Origin: a candidate division WOR-3 bacterium
GTDB lineage: Bacteria > Hydrothermota > Tepidihabitantia > Tepidihabitantales > Tepidihabitantaceae
Direction: 5' to 3'
Assembly (NCBI GenBank): GCA_965649225.1
Contig: CBFGJX010000019.1
Location: forward strand, 1 to 54,974
Length of the DNA: 54,974 bases
Shown here: positions 17,359-26,750 of the stretch, in pieces
How positions within the stretch are numbered: position 1 is the stretch's first letter
Layout: each line of letters starts with the position of its first letter
Translations under genes and position numbers: made by a program
The notes under the pieces: generated by a model
Seen by the model: only the letters and a program-made list of their open reading frames with translations
The model's database searches: none
Told to the model about the DNA's origin: nothing

Positions 17359-17381
17359 CGGTGGAATGCTGACTCGCGCCG

Positions 17382-17867
17382 CTACTGGATGAACTTCAGC
17401 GACTTGAACTTGCCGACGATGGTCGCCTTGTCGACGAGGCCGACCGAGCGGTCGAGTTCCTTGCCAGAGGCGTCGAGGTAGACCAGGGTCGGGATGGCCT
17501 GGACCCCGAACTTCTGGGCCAGCTCTTTTTCCCTGTCGGTGTCAATCGTGCGGATTTCGATCCTGCCGGCGTATTCATGCTCCAGTTCGGCAATGACCGG
17601 CTTGAGTTTCTGACAGGGCGGACACCATTCGGCGCTGAAGTCCCAAAGCTTGGGCAGCTGGGCTGCTGGAGCCGGGGCCGCCGGTCTGGTCGCCGCCGGT
17701 GCGACCGCGGCCGGCGCGGCGGTTTCCGGCGCGGGCGCGGAGACGGTGTCTGCGGGTTGAACCGCAGCCGTCGTGTCGTTTGACGCTACTGGGACAGGGC
17801 TCTTGGGACCGCCACAGGCAACCGCAGTGACGAGCAGGGCCGAGAAGAATATCAAAAAGTAACGCAA
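17382..17867 (-). CDS. Thioredoxin-family lipoprotein
   Basis: Lipobox AVA|C, Pro/Ala linker, DFSAEWCPPC and VQAIPT motifs; AGGAGG RBS. Confidence 0.9.
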   Translation of the reverse strand: MRYFLIFFSALLVTAVACGGPKSPVPVASNDTTAAVQPADTVSAPAPETAAPAAVAPAATRPAAPAPAAQLPKLWDFSAEWCPPCQKLKPVIAELEHEYAGRIEIRTIDTDREKELAQKFGVQAIPTLVYLDASGKELDRSVGLVDKATIVGKFKSLKFIQ

Positions 17868-17926
17868 AAATCCTCCTGATTGTTTGACGCTCGTTACCCG
17901 TTCGAGATGCTCCCCGCAGCCGGACT

Positions 17927-17954
17927 TTGACCAGCAGCCAAAAGATGCTATAAT
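17927..17954 (+). promoter_or_regulatory. Sigma70-type promoter
   Basis: TTGACC-N16-TATAAT upstream of the 18074 CDS. Confidence 0.65.
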
Positions 17955-18073
17955 TTATCTGACTGGTAGAGGACTGCTTTTAGAGGTTACAACCCGTCGG
18001 TAGTGCGGTGTCCGGGTGAGGGCACCGCCGAAGTTGTGCGTCGCCCCGGCATGGGGGGCGAAAAGGAGCAGGC

Positions 18074-21025
18074 ATGGCACGATGGAGTTTTGTTTGCGGC
18101 GCGCTGACGATGGTTCTTGCTGGTGCAGTGATTGCTGCACCACAGTCTTCCGACCCGGCACATCAGGATGTGGTGGTCGAGGTCTATCCGCCGAATACGA
18201 GTTTTGCCACCGGCCGGGTGACCTGGACCGGCGGCACCAACTATGGCAAGTACAGCGGGACAATCGAGTTTGGTACCAGCACGGGGGGGACACACCGGGG
18301 TTTTGTCAAGTTTGACCTTTCCGGGCTGCCGTCCGGAATTCAGGTGACCGAGGTTGTCCTCGGCTATCACTGTTTCTACCGTTATGCCAACCGTCCGAGC
18401 ACAGCGGTTCGGGCTTTGTCGGTTGACCCGGTGACGGCCAATGCACCTTCGTTGTGGTCGGCGTACGCCAGTGGCACAGTGGTGGCCGATTCGGTGACCC
18501 ACGATACCGGCTGGGTTTACCGGACGCTGAATGCAGCCGGTGCGGCAGCGGTTCAGGCCGGGCTCAGTCAGGGCTGGGTCGCCTTCGGGCTGGAAGAGTG
18601 GAATGGCATGCTGAACTACGGTGGCCGGGCCGACGCCTACAATTCGTCGCTGCGACCGGTGCTGCTGGTCGGGTTTATCGCTGACATCGATCTGGCGGTG
18701 GCCGCCTGCGGGCCGCTTTCCTATCCGCTGGTTGAGGGCGACAACGAGACGCTGTATGTCGATGTCGTCAATACCGGAGCGAATGCGGTCAGCGGGGCAC
18801 GGGTGGTGCTGATGCGGGATTCGGTGGCGGTTGATTCTTTTTGCCTGCCAACGCTTTTGCCCGGTGCGCAGGTGCGGCAAACCTTTGTCCAGTCGCTGCC
18901 GCGCACCGGCGGTAACCGGGTGAACTATCGTTTCATCGCCCGCAAGGAAGGCGACGCCAACCCCCAGAACGACGAGGGCGGCTATGACGACTGGACATTC
19001 ATCCGTGGCACTTGGTGGGCCGAGGGTTTTGACCTCGCCCCCAGTTTTCCGCCACCAGGCTGGGCGGTGATCAACGCTGACAACGGAATGTACACCTGGG
19101 GCAACGGTACACCGGCTACCGCACACGCCGGAACCGGTCACGGTCGCTGCCCGAACGAAACCGGTCTGCGGGTTGACGACTGGCTGATAACCCCGCCGCT
19201 TTTTCTGACACCGGGATATCAGGATTCACTGGCACTGTTTCTGCGCACGCTGGCCGGTACCGGCAACGATACACTGCAGGTGTGGATAATGAATGGTCCG
19301 AATCCGGCTGATACGGTGAGCCGGCTGGCGACCTTCATCCTTGCATCGACGCAGTATTCCGAGCGTCATATCGGCCTGCACAACTGGAGTGGTCAGACTG
19401 TCCGAATCGGTCTGCGCAAGCGGAGCCGCAGCAGCAATTCGCTGCTGGTTGACAATGTCTCACTGCTGCGCCGGCCGCGGATTGATGCTGCGGCCGAGGC
19501 GCTGGTTGCTCCGACCGGCGACATTCGACTGCCGGTGAGCGAAAGGCCGGCGGTCCGGGTGCGCAATCTGGGCGTGGCCGAAGCGACCCTGAGTCTGCGG
19601 ACCGTAATCAGGCGCGGGCTGGCGGTGGTGTATGACACGATCGAGACCGGTATTACCGTCGCTGCTGGTGATACTTTGACCCGGGTGTTCAGCCGGCAGT
19701 GGGTGACGCTTGATACCGGTAGTTACAGTGTTACCGCTTTTGTCGGGCTGGCCGGAGACGGCTGTCGCTGGAATGACACGGTCCGGGGTGAAGTCCGGGT
19801 CCGACCGGCATCAAGCGGCGTGTGGCATGAGGCTGCTTCGCTGCCACTGACTCCGTCCGGCCGGCCGGTCAAGGATGGTGGCTGGCTTGTCTGGCTCGAG
19901 GGGCTGGGCCGGGCCTACGCCGCCAAAGGTAACAAGACCGGCGACCTGTACGTTTATGACCCGCAGGCCGGGGTCTGGCTGGAGCGGGCGTCGTGGCCGA
20001 TGGGACGGGAAAACAAGGGACCGGCCAAGGGTGCGGGCGCGACCGGTGATGGTTCAGGCCGGATTTACGCGGTGAAGGGCAACAATACGGTCGCGTTCTG
20101 GTGTTTTGATGCGACAACCAATACCTGGACCCAGCTGACTGATGTGCCGGCCGGGCCTTCCAACAAACGGGTCAAGGCTGGTGGCGGACTGGTCTGGGCC
20201 GACGGACACGTTTATCTCTTGAAAGGGCCAGGCTGTGAGTTCTGGCGCTACAGCCCGAGCGGGGATTCCTGGACTCAGCTGACCGATGCGCCGCGGGGCA
20301 TCCTGCCAAAGTGGGACCGCGGTTCGTGGCTGGTTGCTGATGGCGCCGGCCATATCTGGGCGCACAAGGCCAAGGCGGGCGAGCTGTGGTGTTATGACAT
20401 AGCCGCCGATTCCTGGACCCAGTACCAGCCCGGCGGAATTCCGTCGTACAGCCTTGTTACCGGTCAGCGCAAGAAAGCTCGGGATGGCTCGGCGGCGGCA
20501 TGGTACAACGGCATGATCTACGCGTTGAAGGGGGGCAATACACAGGAGTTCTGGCGGCTGGAAGTTGCACGCGGCCGCTGGGTCGAGCTGGACACGATTC
20601 CAGCCTATGGTCGGGCCGGAGAACGCCGGCGAATCAAGGGCGGTGGCGACCTCGTCGCCGGCGCCGACGAGCTCTTTGCCCTGAAAGGCGGCAAGTCGAA
20701 CGAGGTCTGGACTTGGGGGCCGTTGTCGAGCGGGATTGCCGGTGGCTCTTTGGGCGGTGATGGCCTGCAGTCAGCCGGAAATGAAACCCGTAATCGCCTT
20801 CAGATTGAACCCAATCCGGCACGCAGCGGGGCAGCGGTTCACTGGTCGTTGTCCGGGCCGGTTCAGGTCGGCGAGTTGACAGTCGGTGATGCAGCGGGTC
20901 GGGTATTTTTCCGCCGGACACTGACGGCCGGGGAGAAGCAGGGCAGTCTGCGTCTGCCGGCACTGTCTTCCGGTGTCTACTGGCTCAGGGTCGGCGGACA
21001 AACGAAGCGGCTGGTGGTGTTCTAG
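18074..21025 (+). CDS. Large secreted multidomain protein (DNRLRE-like, CARDB-like Ig, choice-of-anchor-J-like, Kelch-like propeller, T9SS-like CTD)
   Basis: Signal peptide; RGFVKFDLS; V.N.G; FPPPGW.V.N.D...DDWLITP; repeated Y.LKG.NT.EFW; C-terminal PNP...GVYWL. Confidence 0.8.
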   Translation: MARWSFVCGALTMVLAGAVIAAPQSSDPAHQDVVVEVYPPNTSFATGRVTWTGGTNYGKYSGTIEFGTSTGGTHRGFVKFDLSGLPSGIQVTEVVLGYHCFYRYANRPSTAVRALSVDPVTANAPSLWSAYASGTVVADSVTHDTGWVYRTLNAAGAAAVQAGLSQGWVAFGLEEWNGMLNYGGRADAYNSSLRPVLLVGFIADIDLAVAACGPLSYPLVEGDNETLYVDVVNTGANAVSGARVVLMRDSVAVDSFCLPTLLPGAQVRQTFVQSLPRTGGNRVNYRFIARKEGDANPQNDEGGYDDWTFIRGTWWAEGFDLAPSFPPPGWAVINADNGMYTWGNGTPATAHAGTGHGRCPNETGLRVDDWLITPPLFLTPGYQDSLALFLRTLAGTGNDTLQVWIMNGPNPADTVSRLATFILASTQYSERHIGLHNWSGQTVRIGLRKRSRSSNSLLVDNVSLLRRPRIDAAAEALVAPTGDIRLPVSERPAVRVRNLGVAEATLSLRTVIRRGLAVVYDTIETGITVAAGDTLTRVFSRQWVTLDTGSYSVTAFVGLAGDGCRWNDTVRGEVRVRPASSGVWHEAASLPLTPSGRPVKDGGWLVWLEGLGRAYAAKGNKTGDLYVYDPQAGVWLERASWPMGRENKGPAKGAGATGDGSGRIYAVKGNNTVAFWCFDATTNTWTQLTDVPAGPSNKRVKAGGGLVWADGHVYLLKGPGCEFWRYSPSGDSWTQLTDAPRGILPKWDRGSWLVADGAGHIWAHKAKAGELWCYDIAADSWTQYQPGGIPSYSLVTGQRKKARDGSAAAWYNGMIYALKGGNTQEFWRLEVARGRWVELDTIPAYGRAGERRRIKGGGDLVAGADELFALKGGKSNEVWTWGPLSSGIAGGSLGGDGLQSAGNETRNRLQIEPNPARSGAAVHWSLSGPVQVGELTVGDAAGRVFFRRTLTAGEKQGSLRLPALSSGVYWLRVGGQTKRLVVF

Positions 21026-21114
21026 CCGGTTGCAGAGCCGGAGGCCGGAAACTTGGGCGGCGGGCCGGTGCGGCCGGCTTGACCGCAACCGGGTGTATTC
21101 CTAGAATCAGCCCG

Positions 21115-22176
21115 ATGAAGTCCCGGATTGCCCGTCTGCGGGAAGCACTGAAGCCGGCGGGCTTGGACGGCATGCTGGTCTGCGGACCGGCCAACCTCCG
21201 CTGGCTCTGCGGTTACACCGGTTCGAACGGCATCCTCCTCGTCGGGCCGGCAGCGGCTTTCTTCTACACCGATTTCCGCTATGCCGAACAGATACGACAG
21301 GAAGTCCGGGGCTGTCGGCGTCGCGTGCTGGGCCGCGAACTTTTTTCGGCCCTGCCCGAGGCAGACCTTGCCGGCATCAGTCGGCTGGGGATAGAGGAAA
21401 ACCACCTCACGGTCGGCCGCTTTCGTGCGCTGAAGAAGCGTTTCCGGGGTTTACGGATTGTGCCGGTCGAGGACATCACGCTTAAACTGCGGCGAACCAA
21501 GGACAAGACGGAGGTCGCCGCGATTGAACGGGCGCAGCGGCTCACGGACACGGTTTACGCGGCGGTGCTGAAGCTGGTGCGACCGGGGGTAAGCGAGGAC
21601 GACCTTGCCCGGGAGATTGATTTCGGATTCCGTTCCCGGGGAGGCGAGGCGGCCTTCACTTCAATCGTTGCCTCGGGCCCCAACGCCGCCAAGCCTCACG
21701 CCGGACACGGCCCGCGTCGTCTGCGCAAGGGTGATGTGATAACTTTTGACATCGGCTGCCGGCTGGACGGTTACTGTTCGGACATGACCCGGACGGTTTT
21801 TCTGGGCCGGGCCGGTGCCAGGCTGCGGCAGGTTTACCAGATTGTTCTTGACGCCCAGCAGGCAGCGCTGGGTTTGATTCGTGCCGGTGTGGCTGCGACT
21901 GAGGTTGACGCCGGGGCAAGGCGACTGATTGAACGCGCCGGATTCGGCCCGCAGTTCGGCCATGCGCTCGGTCACGGGGTCGGGCTGGAAGTTCATGAAC
22001 GGCCGGTACTTTCCGGCCAGAGCCGGGATGTTCTTGCGGTCGGAGACGTTGTAACCGTCGAGCCAGGCATTTACCTCAGCGGCGTCGGCGGGGTGCGGAT
22101 TGAAGACATGGTTCTTGTGACTGCGACCGGCGGATACAATTTCACTCGCAGTCCAAAGGAGCTGGTTGAACTTTAG
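21115..22176 (+). CDS. Xaa-Pro aminopeptidase (M24B)
   Basis: TDFRY, IVASGPN.A.PH, DIG...GYCSDMTRT, HALGHGVGLEVHE, TVEPGIY and GVRIED motifs. Confidence 0.93.
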   Translation: MKSRIARLREALKPAGLDGMLVCGPANLRWLCGYTGSNGILLVGPAAAFFYTDFRYAEQIRQEVRGCRRRVLGRELFSALPEADLAGISRLGIEENHLTVGRFRALKKRFRGLRIVPVEDITLKLRRTKDKTEVAAIERAQRLTDTVYAAVLKLVRPGVSEDDLAREIDFGFRSRGGEAAFTSIVASGPNAAKPHAGHGPRRLRKGDVITFDIGCRLDGYCSDMTRTVFLGRAGARLRQVYQIVLDAQQAALGLIRAGVAATEVDAGARRLIERAGFGPQFGHALGHGVGLEVHERPVLSGQSRDVLAVGDVVTVEPGIYLSGVGGVRIEDMVLVTATGGYNFTRSPKELVEL

Positions 22177-22222
22177 TTTTGGCCCCGGGCAGTCGGGGTG
22201 GAGTTGATACAGAGAGGAAACA

Positions 22223-22780
22223 GTGGTAACACCTAACGATTTCAAGACCGGGATGCTCATCCGATACAACGATGACGTTTACGAGGTGTTGAGCTATTCA
22301 CGCACCCGTACCGCCCAGCGGCGGGCGCGGGTGCTGGCCCGCATTCGTAATCTGCGTACTGGCGCAACCGTCGAGGAGAGCTTCGAATCCGAGATGAAAC
22401 TGGAAGAGGTGGAACTGGAACGGCGGCGCAGCCAGTATCTTTACGCCGATGACACCGGTTTCCATTTCATGGACCTCGAAAACTACGACCAGTTTGTGCT
22501 TACCCAGGACCAGCTGGGGGAGAAGTCCCGCTATCTTACCGACGGGGTGGAGATCGAGGTCAGTTACATTGACGGCCGGCCAGTGAGCGTCGTGCCGCCA
22601 ATGTTCGTTGTGCTGGAGGTTACCGAAACCGAACCCAACTACCGGGGTGATACGGCAACCGGAGGCGGTAAGCCGGCGAAGCTTTCCACCGGGCTGGTCG
22701 TTGATGTGCCGTTCTTTATCAAGGTCGGTGATCGGGTGCGGATCGACACCCGCACCAACACTTATGTCGAGCGGGCATAA
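22223..22780 (+). CDS. efp: Elongation factor P with an atypical loop
   Basis: QYLY.D...FHFMD.E.Y.Q, TEP..RGDTA.GG.KPA.L.TG..V.VP.FI..GD...IDTR...Y.ERA. Confidence 0.93.
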   Translation: MVTPNDFKTGMLIRYNDDVYEVLSYSRTRTAQRRARVLARIRNLRTGATVEESFESEMKLEEVELERRRSQYLYADDTGFHFMDLENYDQFVLTQDQLGEKSRYLTDGVEIEVSYIDGRPVSVVPPMFVVLEVTETEPNYRGDTATGGGKPAKLSTGLVVDVPFFIKVGDRVRIDTRTNTYVERA

Positions 22781-22803
22781 TCCGGCCCGCAGTTGACGAC
22801 CGA

Positions 22804-24162
22804 ATGGATAATTCTGCCGGCCTTGGCTTCAAGCGTGTGCTGGTGGCCTGCCGCGGTATTGCGGCGATGCGGCTTTTGCGTGCCTGCCGTGAGCTGGGGT
22901 TGGCAGTGACGGTGGCCTATTCCGAGGCCGACCGTGATTCACCCTGGGCAATGCTGGCCGATGACGCAGTCTGTGTCGGTCCGGTGCCGGAAGCTGACAG
23001 TTACGGCAATTTCTGGCGCGTTCTTTCGGCGGCTGAGGTTGCCCGGTGTGATGCCGCGGCGCCGGGAGACGGGCCACTGGCCGGCAATGCCGAATTTGCC
23101 GAGGCAGCGGCGTCCTGTGGTGTTACGGTCATCGGCCCGGATGCCGAAACCGCCCGGCGGCTTTCAGACCGGCTGGAGTGTCGCCGGCTGGTTGGACAGG
23201 CTGATGTGCCGATTGTCGAAGCAAGCGGGGCGCTGGCCGAGGGTGACTGGGGCCAGACCGCAGCGGCAGAGCTGGGTTTTCCGCTGGTTTGCCGGGCGGT
23301 GTCGGGCAAGGGACCGGCACGGCTGATACGGCGTGAGCGCGACCTTGAATCCGGAGTGCAGCTTTGTCGGGCCGAGGCCCGGGCGGCCACCGGCGATGGC
23401 CGGGTGTATCTGGAGAAGCTGCCCGAGGTCAACCGGCGCGTGCGGGTGCCGGTGCTGGCTGACAAGAGTGGCGACTGCTTTGCGCTGCCGGAATGCGATG
23501 TTTCGATCAGTTTTCGGGGGCTGGTGCCGGCAACAGAAAGCCCTTCGCCGGCGGTAGGTGTCGAGTTGCGGCAGCAACTTGCCGAGGTTGCGGAGCGGGC
23601 GGCACGGGCACTGGGGATTGTTAGTCCGGCAATGCTGGATTTTGTGCTTTCCGGCTCGGGAAAATACTGGTTTGATGGAATCGAGACCCGGCTGGAACTT
23701 GACCATCCGATGCTTGAGGAGCTTACCGGTGTCGACTGGGCCGGGGCGGCCATTCGGGCTGCCGGCGGCATCAAGGCGGTTGATGACTGTCGGGAGGTGT
23801 GTTCACCGCGCGGCTGGGTTCTGCAGCACCGGCTCATCGCCGTCAATCCCGATGCCGATTTCGAACGGACCAGCGGCCTGCTCACCGAAGTGCGGCTGCC
23901 CGGCGGGCCGGGTGTGCGCGTCGACAGTGCGATTGCCGCAGGAATGGAAGTGCTGCCGGTCTACGAACCGACGCTGGCCGCGATTACGGTCCGGGCGCCG
24001 GACCGCCAGCGAGCGATAACCCGGATGCAGGCCTGTCTGAGCGACGCGGCGGTGAACGGAGTGAAAACAACGCTTGGCCTTCTGCGCCGGCTTGCCGCCA
24101 ATGCCCGCTACCGGGCGGGTGAACCGGTCGGCGGGGACCTCGACGAAGACACTCAACCCTGA
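22804..24162 (+). CDS. accC: Biotin carboxylase-like ATP-grasp protein with degenerate catalytic motifs
   Basis: AccC-like layout (VAYSEADRDS...LADDAVCVGP; PGGPGVRVDS; G.EV.P.Y) and the usual position after efp, but key motifs are altered. Confidence 0.7.
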   Translation: MDNSAGLGFKRVLVACRGIAAMRLLRACRELGLAVTVAYSEADRDSPWAMLADDAVCVGPVPEADSYGNFWRVLSAAEVARCDAAAPGDGPLAGNAEFAEAAASCGVTVIGPDAETARRLSDRLECRRLVGQADVPIVEASGALAEGDWGQTAAAELGFPLVCRAVSGKGPARLIRRERDLESGVQLCRAEARAATGDGRVYLEKLPEVNRRVRVPVLADKSGDCFALPECDVSISFRGLVPATESPSPAVGVELRQQLAEVAERAARALGIVSPAMLDFVLSGSGKYWFDGIETRLELDHPMLEELTGVDWAGAAIRAAGGIKAVDDCREVCSPRGWVLQHRLIAVNPDADFERTSGLLTEVRLPGGPGVRVDSAIAAGMEVLPVYEPTLAAITVRAPDRQRAITRMQACLSDAAVNGVKTTLGLLRRLAANARYRAGEPVGGDLDEDTQP

Positions 24163-24893
24163 TGCGAATCGAAGTAGTACCCACCCCCCGTGAGCTGCGG
24201 CCGCTGGAACCGGCTGATGCTGTCGCAGTGATTGATGTATTCAGGGCCAGTACCAGCATTTGCGCGGCAATCAACGCCGGCGCCCGACTGGTGGTTCCGG
24301 CGGCCGATGTCGAACAGGCGGTAAAACTGGCGCGCAATGCCGGCGGGGTTGAGGCAGTGCTGGCAGGCGAGCGTGACTGCCAGCGCATCGAGGGTTTTGC
24401 ACTGGGCAATTCGCCGCGAGAGTATACGCGCGAAACTGTCGGGGGGCGTACCGTTATCCTGACGACCACGAATGGTACTGAAGCGCTGCTTGCTGCCCGG
24501 GACGCTGGTCTGGTAGTGGTGTGCGGATTCGTCAATCTCAGTGTGGTCGCTGCTGCGCTGGCAGACTGGAATTCGGTGACAATCCTTTGCGCCGGCAATC
24601 AGGGCCGGCTCAGCCTGGAGGATTTTGTCTGCGCCGGGGGGCTGGTGACACGGCTGGAAACCGGCGGTGCCGAGCTGTCTGATGCTGCCTGGGCCGCCAG
24701 CGCCGCGTTCGAGCGGCTGGAGGGTGATCTGCGTGCCGCGCTGCTTGAAACCGAACATGCCCGCCGGCTCGCCCGACTGGGCTTTGCTTCCGACCTGGAC
24801 CTTGCCTTGCGGCTGGATGCTTTTCCCGTCCTGCCAATACTGGTCGATGGCCGCATTGTGGCCGGGTCGCTTGAATCAACCCGTTCAGTCTGA
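24162..24893 (+). CDS. comB: 2-phosphosulfolactate phosphatase family protein
   Basis: VIDVFRASTSI, LAGER, LGNSP.E, LTTTNGT and SLED..CAG motifs. Confidence 0.92.
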   Translation: MRIEVVPTPRELRPLEPADAVAVIDVFRASTSICAAINAGARLVVPAADVEQAVKLARNAGGVEAVLAGERDCQRIEGFALGNSPREYTRETVGGRTVILTTTNGTEALLAARDAGLVVVCGFVNLSVVAAALADWNSVTILCAGNQGRLSLEDFVCAGGLVTRLETGGAELSDAAWAASAAFERLEGDLRAALLETEHARRLARLGFASDLDLALRLDAFPVLPILVDGRIVAGSLESTRSV

Positions 24894-24899
24894 TATAAT
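24871..24899 (+). promoter_or_regulatory. Sigma70-type promoter
   Basis: TTGAAT-N17-TATAAT. Confidence 0.6.
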
Positions 24900-25023
24900 T
24901 TATAACACTGAGCCAACGAGCGTTATGCCGGAGGTCTCAGGCGTTACGCGAAGGCATGCTGCAAGGAATCATATCACATAGTCGGCCCGGTGCCAGCCGG
25001 CCGGGTGGAGTCGGAGTGGCAGG

Positions 25024-26694
25024 GTGAGGCCGGATTCAGCCCGTCGGTTTCAGCTCGAAGCGGCTGCCGCAGCAACCGATGCCCTGCTGGAGCGAAGCTG
25101 CCGTCATTATCCTCAGGACCTGCCGCTTGATCACCCAAGCCGTATAATCGGCTGGACCTGTCGTCTGCGGCGCATTGAAGGTACTCTGCAGAAATGGACC
25201 GCCGACGAATTCGCCCGGCTTTCGCCACTGGCGCGTCAGAAAGAAATCTCTCGGGCTCATGCTGAAGCGTTGCTGGTGGGCGAGCAGCTTGGTGATGTCA
25301 TACTCAGTTCGGCCGAGCGCGAACGGCTGGTGCCCCGGGCGCTGGGCATACTGCCGGCTGGTGATGCCGAGCGGTTTGGTGAAATCTGGACCTGCGCGGA
25401 ACTCCGGGCGCCGCGGGTGGTGCAGTCGGCCGGGCGACTGATTGACAGTCTTGCCGCAATCGAAAGCGAATACGGTTTTGGCACGGCGCTGGCCTATGTG
25501 CTTTTTGCCCTTGCCGGGGTAAGACGTCAGACCGATATGATTATCTGGGGACAGCGGCTGGACGAACTTTTCGCCCGACTGGTGGCAATCCCGGCGGCCC
25601 GGGAAACACTGGCTGCTGCCGGTTCGACAGAAACCGGCTTCAGCGCCCGATTTGGCCTGTTGTCGGCAGTCCACCATGGGATCTGGCAGCTCTGGCCACG
25701 GCGGCTGGGGCAGGATTTTCTGCTGACTCACGTTGTCCAGCGCTGTCTTGATGACGGAGCGGGGGCCGGCAATTCGCTTGGACTGGCGCTGCTGGATTCG
25801 ATACTGCTTGGCCGGCTGGGATTTCCCGTACAGTTCTGGATTGACGAAGCGATTGTACGGCTGGCGGTGACGGTTGCCGATCGGACCGTGTACTGGGAGC
25901 CGGCGACCAACCAGCCGTTGTCGCTGGTGCCGGTGGCGTCCGGGCGGCTGCTCGACCGGCGCGGGCTTTTCGGGCTGGTATATGGCTGCATCGGGACACT
26001 GTGTTTTCAACGGGGACTTTATGATCGAGCGGCGGTGGGATTCGAGCGGGCACTGGAACTGGAGCCTGGCAGAGTTGAGCTGCTGGACAGTCTTGGTTCG
26101 TGCTGGCTGCGACGAGGCGAGCCGGATCGAGCCATCGCGATACTGAAACTGGCCGAGGCCGAGGCCCCCGATTCGGCCGAGGTGCAGTACCGGCTCGGCA
26201 CCGCCCGGGCGATGAAGAGCGACTGGCCACAGGCAATCCAGCATTTCCGCCGTGCGATCGAGCTGCGGCCGGATTATGCCGAGGCCTACAACAATCTCGG
26301 CTATGCCCTGATGCGGACAGGCGACATCGAGCAGGCCGAGTCATGCTATCAGGCGGCACTTCGGCATCGGCCTGAGTACTGGGAGGCGTGTTTCAACCTC
26401 GGCAATCTCCAGCTGGAAGCGCACAACTGGTCGGCGGCAGTGCGCTGGTACCGCGAAACCGTGAGGCTGGCACCGAAAAACGCCGGGGCGTGGTACAACC
26501 TGGGACAGGCATATTATCTTGGTGGCGAACTTGACGCTGCGGCGGCCGCGTATCAGAAGGCAGTGCAGATCGAGCCGAGACATTATGGCGCCTGGCATAA
26601 CCTTGGCATTGTCTATCGCGACAAGGGCCAGACGGAAAAGGCAGTTCAGGCACTGGAGCGGGCAGTGAGCATCAACCCGAATCTCATGCGTTAG
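25024..26694 (+). CDS. TPR-repeat protein with a transglutaminase-like (SirB1-type) middle region
   Basis: About seven 34-aa TPRs (AEAYNNLG, AWYNLG, AWHNLG), preceded by GNSLGLALL..ILLGRLGFPV. Confidence 0.85.
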   Translation: MRPDSARRFQLEAAAAATDALLERSCRHYPQDLPLDHPSRIIGWTCRLRRIEGTLQKWTADEFARLSPLARQKEISRAHAEALLVGEQLGDVILSSAERERLVPRALGILPAGDAERFGEIWTCAELRAPRVVQSAGRLIDSLAAIESEYGFGTALAYVLFALAGVRRQTDMIIWGQRLDELFARLVAIPAARETLAAAGSTETGFSARFGLLSAVHHGIWQLWPRRLGQDFLLTHVVQRCLDDGAGAGNSLGLALLDSILLGRLGFPVQFWIDEAIVRLAVTVADRTVYWEPATNQPLSLVPVASGRLLDRRGLFGLVYGCIGTLCFQRGLYDRAAVGFERALELEPGRVELLDSLGSCWLRRGEPDRAIAILKLAEAEAPDSAEVQYRLGTARAMKSDWPQAIQHFRRAIELRPDYAEAYNNLGYALMRTGDIEQAESCYQAALRHRPEYWEACFNLGNLQLEAHNWSAAVRWYRETVRLAPKNAGAWYNLGQAYYLGGELDAAAAAYQKAVQIEPRHYGAWHNLGIVYRDKGQTEKAVQALERAVSINPNLMR

Positions 26695-26750
26695 GGGGCA
26701 GGATGCAGAACATCGGTGATTGGCCTCGAGACCGGAAGGTGAGGTAGCAG

